Origin: Eledone cirrhosa
Lineage: Eukaryota
DNA length: 64,000 nucleotides
Assembly (NCBI GenBank): GCA_964016885.1
Contig: OZ024741.1
Coordinates: 245,892,001-245,956,000 of the forward strand
Reading direction: 5' to 3'
Part shown: positions 56,020-64,000 of the stretch, piece after piece
How positions within the stretch are numbered: the stretch's first letter is position 1
How the letters are laid out: every line of letters begins with the position of its first letter
Translations under genes and position numbers: made by a program
The notes under the pieces: generated by a model
Told to the model about the DNA's origin: nothing
The model's input: the letters and a program-made list of their open reading frames with translations, nothing else
The model's database searches: none

Positions 56020-59000
56020 TTACAAATTGTCTCCGCCTGATTTTTTTAAATATTATCTTCCCTTGGCTGGCGGGAAATTACCTCCCCTTGGACGGCTGGA
56101 AATTATCTGCCCTTGATTTTCTTTTTACAAATTATCTTCCACTGATTTTTTTTACAAATTATCTCCACCTGATTTTTTAAAAAATTATCTCCCCTTGGAA
56201 GGCTGGAAATTATCTCCCCTTGGACGGCTAGAAATTATCTCTCTTTGGACGGCTGGAAATTATCACCCCTTGAGTTTTTTACAAATTATCTCCCCCTGAT
56301 TTTTTTTACAAATCTCCCAGTGATTTTTTAAAAAAAATTATCTCCCCTTCGCTGGCTGGAAATTATCTCCCCTTGGACGCTGGAAATTATAGCCCCTTGG
56401 AGGGCTGGAAATTATCTTCCCTTGGACGGCTGGAAATTATCTCCCCTTGATTTTTTTTACAAATTATCTCCCCCTGATTTTTTTTTACAAATTATCTCCC
56501 CCTGATGTTTTTTTACAACTTATCTGCGCCTGATTTTTTTAAAAAAATTATCTCCCCTTGGACGGCTGGAAATTATCTCCCCTTGGACGGCTGGAAATTA
56601 TCTCTCCTTGGACGGCTAGAATTTACCTCTCCTTGGACGGCTGAAAATTATCTCCCCTTGAACGGCTGGAAATTATCTCCCCTTGATTTTTTTTACAAAT
56701 TATCTCCCCCTTTTTTTTTTTTACAAATTATCTCCCCCTGATTTTTTTTTACAAATTATCTCCCCCTGATTTTTTTTTACAAATTATCTCCCCCTGATTT
56801 TTTTTACAAATTATCTCCCCCCTGATTTTTTTACAAATTATCTCCCCTTGGCTGGTTGGAAATTATCTCCCCTTGGAGGCTGGAACTTATCTCCCCTTGG
56901 ACGGCTAGAAATTACCTCTCCTTGGACGGCTGGAAAATATGTCTCCTTGGACGGCTGGATATTATCTCCCCTTGGACGGCTGGAAATTATCTCCCCTTGG
57001 ACGGCTGGAAATTATCTCCCCTTGGATGGCTAGATATTACCTCCCCTTGGACGGCTGGAAATTATCTCCCCTTGATTTTTTTAACAAATTATCTCGCCCT
57101 GATTTTTTTTACAAATTATCTCCCCCTGATTTTTTTAAAAAAATTATCTCCCCCTGATTTTTGTTTACAAATTATCTCCGCCTGATTTTTTTTAACAAAT
57201 TATCTCCCCTTGGACGGCTGGAAATTATCTCCCCTTGGACGGCTGGAAATTATATCTCCTTGGACGGCTAGAATTTACCTCTCCTTGGACGGCTGAAAAT
57301 TATCTCCCCTTGGACGGCTGGAAATTATCTCCCCTTGATTTTTTTTACAAATTATCTCCCCCTGATTTTTTTTTACAAATTATCTCCCCCTGATTTTTTT
57401 TTACAAATTATCTCCCCCTGATTTTTTTTTACAAATTATCTCCCCCTGATTTTTTTACAAATTATCTCCCCTTGGCTGGCTGGAAATTATCTCCCCTTGG
57501 AGGCTGGAACTTATCTCCACTTGGACGGCTAGAAATTACCTCTCCTTGGACGGCTGGAAAATATGTCTCCTTGGACGGCTGGATATTATCTCCCCTTGGA
57601 CGGCTGGAAATTATCTCCCCTTGGACGGCTGGAAATTATCTCCCCTTGGATGGCTAGATATTACCTCCCCTTGGACGGCTGGAAATTATCTCCCCTTGAT
57701 TTTTTTTACAAATTATCTCCCCCTGATTTACAAATTGTCTCCGCCTGATTTTTTTAAATATTATCTTCCCTTGGCTGGCGGGAAATTACCTCCCCTTGGA
57801 CGGCTGGAAATTATCTGCCCTTGATTTTCTTTTTACAAATTATCTTCCACTGATTTTTTTTACAAATTATCTCCACCTGATTTTTTAAAAAATTATCTCC
57901 CCTTGGAAGGCTGGAAATTATCTCCCCTTGGACGGCTAGAAATTATCTCTCTTTGGACGGCTGGAAATTATCACCCCTTGAGTTTTTTACAAATTATCTC
58001 CCCCTGATTTTTTTTACAAATCTCCCAGTGATTTTTTAAAAAAAATTATCTCCCCTTCGCTGGCTGGAAATTATCTCCCCTTGGACGCTGGAAATTATAG
58101 CCCCTTGGAGGGCTGGAAATTATCTTCCCTTGGACGGCTGGAAATTATCTCCCCTTGATTTTTTTTACAAATTATCTCCCCCTGATTTTTTTTTACAAAT
58201 TATCTCCCCCTGATGTTTTTTTACAACTTATCTGCGCCTGATTTTTTTAAAAAAATTATCTCCCCTTGGACGGCTGGAAATTATCTCCCCTTGGACGGCT
58301 GGAAATTATCTCTCCTTGGACGGCTAGAATTTACCTCTCCTTGGACGGCTGAAAATTATCTCCCCTTGAACGGCTGGAAATTATCTCCCCTTGATTTTTT
58401 TTACAAATTATCTCCCCCTTTTTTTTTTTTACAAATTATCTCCCCCTGATTTTTTTTTACAAATTATCTCCCCCTGATTTTTTTTTACAAATTATCTCCC
58501 CCTGATTTTTTTTACAAATTATCTCCCCCCTGATTTTTTTACAAATTATCTCCCCTTGGCTGGTTGGAAATTATCTCCCCTTGGAGGCTGGAACTTATCT
58601 CCCCTTGGACGGCTAGAAATTACCTCTCCTTGGACGGCTGGAAAATATGTCTCCTTGGACGGCTGGATATTATCTCCCCTTGGACGGCTGGAAATTATCT
58701 CCCCTTGGACGGCTGGAAATTATCTCCCCTTGGATGGCTAGATATTACCTCCCCTTGGACGGCTGGAAATTATCTCCCCTTGATTTTTTTAACAAATTAT
58801 CTCGCCCTGATTTTTTTTACAAATTATCTCCCCCTGATTTTTTTAAAAAAATTATCTCCCCCTGATTTTTGTTTACAAATTATCTCCGCCTGATTTTTTT
58901 TAACAAATTATCTCCCCTTGGACGGCTGGAAATTATCTCCCCTTGGACGGCTGGAAATTATATCTCCTTGGACGGCTAGAATTTACCTCTCCTTGGACGG

Positions 59001-59435
59001 CTGAAAATTATCTCCCCTTGGACGGCTGGAAATTATCTCCCCTTGATTTTTTTTACAAATTATCTCCCCCTGATTTTTTTTTACAAATTATCTCCCCCTG
59101 ATTTTTTTTTACAAATTATCTCCCCCTGATTTTTTTTTACAAATTATCTCCCCCTGATTTTTTTACAAATTATCTCCCCTTGGCTGGCTGGAAATTATCT
59201 CCCCTTGGAGGCTGGAACTTATCTCCACTTGGACGGCTAGAAATTACCTCTCCTTGGACGGCTGGAAAATATGTCTCCTTGGACGGCTGGATATTATCTC
59301 CCCTTGGACGGCTGGAAATTATCTCCCCTTGGACGGCTGGAAATTATCTCCCCTTGGATGGCTAGATATTACCTCCCCTTGGACGGCTGGAAATTATCTC
59401 CCCTTGATTTTTTTTACAAATTATCTCCCCCTGAT
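56020..59435. repeat. Local tandem duplication, 2 x 1,708 bp
   Basis: Identical pseudo-ORFs at 56505/58213, 56848/58556 and 57472/59180. TTGTCT marker at 56027/57735. Confidence 0.85.
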
Positions 59436-61220
59436 TTTTTTTTACAAATTATCTCCCCCTGATTTTTTTTTACAAATTATCTCCCCCTGATTTTTGTTTA
59501 CAAATTATCTCCGCCTGATTTTTTTTTTAAAATTATCTCCCCTTGGACGGCTGGAAATTATCTCCCCTTGGACGGCTAGAAATTACCTCTCCTTGGACGG
59601 CTGAAAATTATCTCCCCTTGGACGGCTGGAAATTATCTCCCCTTGATTTTTTTACAAATTATCTCCCCTTGATTTTTTTTTTACAAATTATCTCCCCCTG
59701 ATTTTTTTTTACAAATTATCTACCCCTGATTTTTTTTTACAAATTATCTCCCCCTGATTTTTTTTTACAAATTATCTACCCCTGATTTTTTTTACAAATT
59801 ATCTCCCCCTGATTTTTTTTACAAATTATCTCCCCCTGATTTTTTTTTTACAAATTATCTCCCCCTGATTTTTTTACAAATTATCTCCCCCTGATTTTTT
59901 TTACAAATTATCTCCGCCGGATTTTTTTAAATATTATCTTCCCTTGGCTTGCGGGAAATTATCTCCCCTTGGACGGCTGAAAATTATCTCCCCTTGGACG
60001 GCTGGAAATTATCTCCCCTTGATTTTTTTTACAAATTATCTCCCCCTGATTTTTTTTTACAAATTATCTCCCCCTGATTTTTTTTACAAATTATCTCCCC
60101 CTGATTTTTTTTTACAAATTATCTCCCCCTGATTTTTTTTACAAATTATCTCCCCCTGATTTTTTTTACAAATTATCTCCCCCTGATTTTTTTTTACAAA
60201 TTATCTCCCCCTGATTTTTTTTTACAAATTATCTCCCCCTGATTTTTTTACAAATTATCTCCCCTTGGCTGGCTGGAAATTATCTCCCCTTGGAGGCTGG
60301 AACTTATCTCCACTTGGACGGCTAGAAATTACCTCTCCTTGGACGGCTGGAAAATATGTCTCCTTGGACGGCTGGATATTATCTCCCCTTGGACGGCTGG
60401 AAATTATCTCCCCTTGGACGGCTGGAAATTATCTCCCCTTGGATGGCTAGATATTACCTCCCCTTGGACGGCTGGAAATTATCTCCCCTTGATTTTTTTT
60501 ACAAATTATCTCCCCCTGATTTTTTTTTACAAATTATCTCCCCCTGATTTTTTTTTACAAATTATCTCCCCCTGATTTTTGTTTACAAATTATCTCCGCC
60601 TGATTTTTTTTTTAAAATTATCTCCCCTTGGACGGCTGGAAATTATCTCCCCTTGGACGGCTAGAAATTACCTCTCCTTGGACGGCTGAAAATTATCTCC
60701 CCTTGGACGGCTGGAAATTATCTCCCCTTGATTTTTTTACAAATTATCTCCCCTTGATTTTTTTTTTACAAATTATCTCCCCCTGATTTTTTTTTACAAA
60801 TTATCTACCCCTGATTTTTTTTTACAAATTATCTCCCCCTGATTTTTTTTTACAAATTATCTACCCCTGATTTTTTTTACAAATTATCTCCCCCTGATTT
60901 TTTTTACAAATTATCTCCCCCTGATTTTTTTTTTACAAATTATCTCCCCCTGATTTTTTTACAAATTATCTCCCCCTGATTTTTTTTACAAATTATCTCC
61001 GCCGGATTTTTTTAAATATTATCTTCCCTTGGCTTGCGGGAAATTATCTCCCCTTGGACGGCTGAAAATTATCTCCCCTTGGACGGCTGGAAATTATCTC
61101 CCCTTGATTTTTTTTACAAATTATCTCCCCCTGATTTTTTTTTACAAATTATCTCCCCCTGATTTTTTTTACAAATTATCTCCCCCTGATTTTTTTTTAC
61201 AAATTATCTCCCCCTGATTT
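59050..61220. repeat. Local tandem duplication, 2 x 1,085 bp (the copy of 40310-42480 inside the 17.6-kb duplicate)
   Basis: Pseudo-ORFs at 59180/60265 and 59944/61029. Confidence 0.85.
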
Positions 61221-64000
61221 TTTTTACAAATTATCTCCCCCTGATTTTTTTTACAAATTATCTCCCCCTGATTTTTTTTTACAAATTATCTCCCCCTGAT
61301 TTTTTTACAAATTATCTCCCCCTGATTTTTTTTACAAATTATCTCCGCCTGATTTTTTAAAATATTATCTTCCCTTGGCTGGCGGGAAATTATCTCCCCT
61401 TGGACGGCTGGAAATTATCTGCCCTTGATTTTCTTTTTACAAATTAACTTCCACTGATTTTTTTTACAAATTATCTCCACCTGATTTTTTTAAAAATTAT
61501 CTCCCCTTGGAAGGCTGGAAATTATCTCCCCTTGGCTGGAAATTATCGCCCCTTGGACGGCTAGAAATTATCTCTCTTTGGACGGCTGGAAATTATCACC
61601 CCTTGAGTTTTTTACAAATTATCTCCCCCTGATTTTTTTTACAAATCTCCCAGTGATTTTTAAAAAAAAATTATCTTCCCTTCGCTGGCTGGAAATTATC
61701 TCCCCTTGGACGCTGGAAATTATAGCCCCTTGGAGGGCTGGAAATTATCTTCCCTTGGACGGCTGGAAATTATCTCCCCTTGATTTTTTTTACAAATTAT
61801 CTCCCCCTGATTTTTTTTTACAAATTATCCCCCCCTGATTTTTTTTTACAACTTATCTGCGCCTGATTTTTTTAAAAAAATTATCTCCCCTTGGACGGCT
61901 GGAAATTATCTCCCCTTGGACGGCTGGAAATTATCTCTCCTTGGACGGCTAGAATTTACCTCTCCTTGGACGGCTAAAAATTATCTCCCCTTGGACGGCT
62001 GGAAATTATCTCCCCTTGATTTTTTTTACAAATTATCTCCCCCTGATTTTTTTTTACAAATTATCTCCCCCTGATTTTTTTTACAAATTATCTCCCCCTG
62101 ATTTTTTTTTACAAATTATCTCCCCCTGATTTTTTTTTACAAATTATCTCCCCCTGATTTTTTTTTACAAATTATCTCCCCCTGATTTTTTTTTACAAAT
62201 TATCTCCCCCTGATTTTTTTTTACAAATTATCTCCCCCTGATTTTTTTTTACAAATTATCTCCGCCTGATTTTTTTTAAAAATTACCTCCCCTTGGACGG
62301 CTGGAAATTATCTCCCCTTGGACGGCTGGAAATTATCTCCCCTTGGACGGCTAGAAATTATCTCTCCTTGGACGGCTGAAAATTATCTCCCCTTGGACGG
62401 CTGCAAATTATCTCCACTTGATTTTTTTTACAAATTATCTCCCCCTGATTTTTTTTACAAATTATCTCCCCCTGATTTTTTTTACAAATTATCTACCCCT
62501 GATTTTTTTTACAAATTATCTCCCCCTGATTTTTTTTTACAAATTATCTCCCCCTGATTTTTTTTTACAAATTATCTCCCCCTGATTTTTCTTTTACAAA
62601 TTATCTCCCCCTGATTTTTTTACATAGTATCTCCCCCTGATTTTTTTTACAATCTCCGCCTGATTTTTTTAAAAATTATCTTCCCTTGGCTGGCGGGAAA
62701 TTATCTCCCCTTGGACGGCTGGAAATTATCTCCCCTTGGAAGGATGGAAATTATCTCCCCTTGGACGGCTGGAAATTATCTCCCCTTGCACGGCTGGAAA
62801 TTATCTCCCCTTGGACGGATAGATATTACCTCCCCTTGGACGGCTGGAAATTATCTCCCCTTGATTTTTTTACAAATTATCTCCCCCTGATTTATTTTAC
62901 AAATCTCCCAATGATTTTTAAAAAAAAATTATCTCCCCTTCGCTGGCTGGAAATTATCTCCCCTTGGACGCTGGAAATTATAGCCCCTTGGAGGGCTGGA
63001 AATTATCTTCCCTTGGACGGCTGGAAATTATCTCCCCTTGATTTTTTTTACAAATTATCTCCCCCTGATTTTTTTTACAAATTATCTCCCCCTGATTTTT
63101 TTTACAAATTATCTACCCCTGATTTTTTTTACAAATTATCTCCCCCTGATTTTTTTTTACAAATTATCTCCCCCTGATTTTTTTTTACAAATTATCTCCC
63201 CCTGATTTTTTTACAAATTATCTCCCCCTGATTTTTTTTTACAATCTCCGCCTGATTTTTTTAAAAATTATCTTCCCTTGGCTGGCTGGAAATTATCTCC
63301 CCTTGGACACTGGAAATTATAGCCCCTTGGAGGGCTGGAAATTATCTTCCCTTGGACGGCTGGAAATTATCTCCCCTTGATTTTTTTTACAAATTAACTC
63401 CGCCTGATTTTTTTTTACAAATTATCTCCCCCTGATTTTTTTTTACAAATTATCTACCCCTGATTTTTTTTTACAAATTATCTCCCCCTGATTTTTTTTA
63501 CAAATTATCTCCCCCTGATTTTTCTTTTACAAATTATCTCCCCCTGATTTTTTTACAAATTATCTCCCCCTGATTTTTTTTACAAATTATCTCCGCCTGA
63601 TTTTTTTAAATATTATCTTCCCTTGGCTGGCGGGAAATTATCTCCCCTTGGACGGCTGGAAATTATCTGCCCTTGATTTTCTTTTTACAAATTATCTTCC
63701 ACTGATTTTTTTTACAAATTATCTCCACCTGATTTTTTAAAAAATTATCTCCCCTTGGAAGGCTGGAAATTATCTCCCCTTGGACGGCTGGAAATTATCT
63801 CCCCTTGGACGGCTAGAAATTATCTCTCCTTGGACGGCTGAAAATTATCTCCCCTTGGACGGCTGCAAATTATCTCCCCTTGATTTTTTTTACAAATTAT
63901 CTCCCCCTGATTTTTTTTTACAAATTATCTCCCCCTGATTTTTTTTTACAAATTATCTCCCCCTGATTTTTTTTTACAAATTATCTCCCCCTGATTTTTT

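Larger units (their letters stand above)
1..64000. repeat. Composite tandem satellite array of two monomer types: A (25 bp, AAATTATCTCCCCTTGGACGGCTGG) and B (mostly 26-29 bp, AAATTATCTCCCCCTGA(T)7-10AC). Single orientation; runs off both window ends
   Basis: The core AAATTATCTCCCC or a close variant recurs every ~21-29 bp from base 1 to base 64000. I saw no reverse-complement core (GGGGAGATAATTT) on the + strand and no non-repeat interruption. Confidence 0.99.
46421..64000. repeat. Copy 2 of the ~17.6-kb tandem block duplication (incomplete at the window end; corresponds to ~28785-45258)
   Basis: The pseudo-ORF offset to copy 1 steps through 17,636, 16,984, 16,983, 17,007, 17,034 and 18,742. 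Each step matches a discrete indel. Confidence 0.85.

Noticed and set aside
298-63177. The many + strand ORFs of 61-163 aa (WKLSPLGRLEIISPWTAGNYLPLDG and FFYKLSPPD repeats)
   Set aside because: They are the three-frame translation of the 25-bp and 27-bp monomers. They overlap in several frames, mostly start at TTG, shift frame with T-tract length and show no recognisable domain.
1-64000. No ORFs on the minus strand
   Set aside because: This follows trivially from the core, which reads AGATAATTT on the minus strand and puts TAA in each monomer across shifting frames. It is not evidence of + strand coding.
1-64000. CRISPR-like constant repeat with a variable spacer
   Set aside because: The constant part is only ~13-16 bp and the variable part takes two ~10-bp states rather than unique 25-45 bp spacers. 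There is no leader and there are no cas genes.
1-64000. Telomerase-made long telomeric repeat (as in yeasts with 23-25 bp units)
   Set aside because: Multi-kb HORs with inherited variants indicate recombinational amplification rather than templated addition. I recognise no known telomere motif. A subtelomeric location is not excluded.
1-64000. Pure sequencing artefact or synthetic concatemer
   Set aside because: Hierarchically nested, consistently inherited variants and copy-specific differences are typical of a natural satellite. Individual duplications could still be misassembled.

Overview
The whole 64-kb window is one uninterrupted, head-to-tail satellite DNA array of roughly 2,400-2,500 monomers (estimated as 64 kb / ~26 bp). 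I found no unique sequence, credible gene, RNA gene, transposon or inversion. Two monomer types share the core AAATTATCTCCCC. Type A is 25 bp (AAATTATCTCCCCTTGGACGGCTGG) and type B is usually 26-29 bp (AAATTATCTCCCCCTGA-T7-10-AC). They alternate in runs (A1-9, B1-~15) with stereotyped junction monomers. Diagnostic variants show nested higher-order structure: 0.6-1.1 kb cassettes, a ~6.1-6.8 kb higher-order repeat (HOR) in the first half, local tandem duplications of 1,085, 1,708 and 1,809 bp, and a very young ~17.6-kb tandem duplication spanning 28.8 kb to the window end. All listed ORFs are translation artefacts of the repeat. The array looks like eukaryotic heterochromatic satellite, possibly centromeric or subtelomeric, but that is inference. 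I cannot name the organism or family. I found no protein-coding system, and the points of interest are structural. Offsets were read by eye from marker variants and the ORF track, so block boundaries are approximate.
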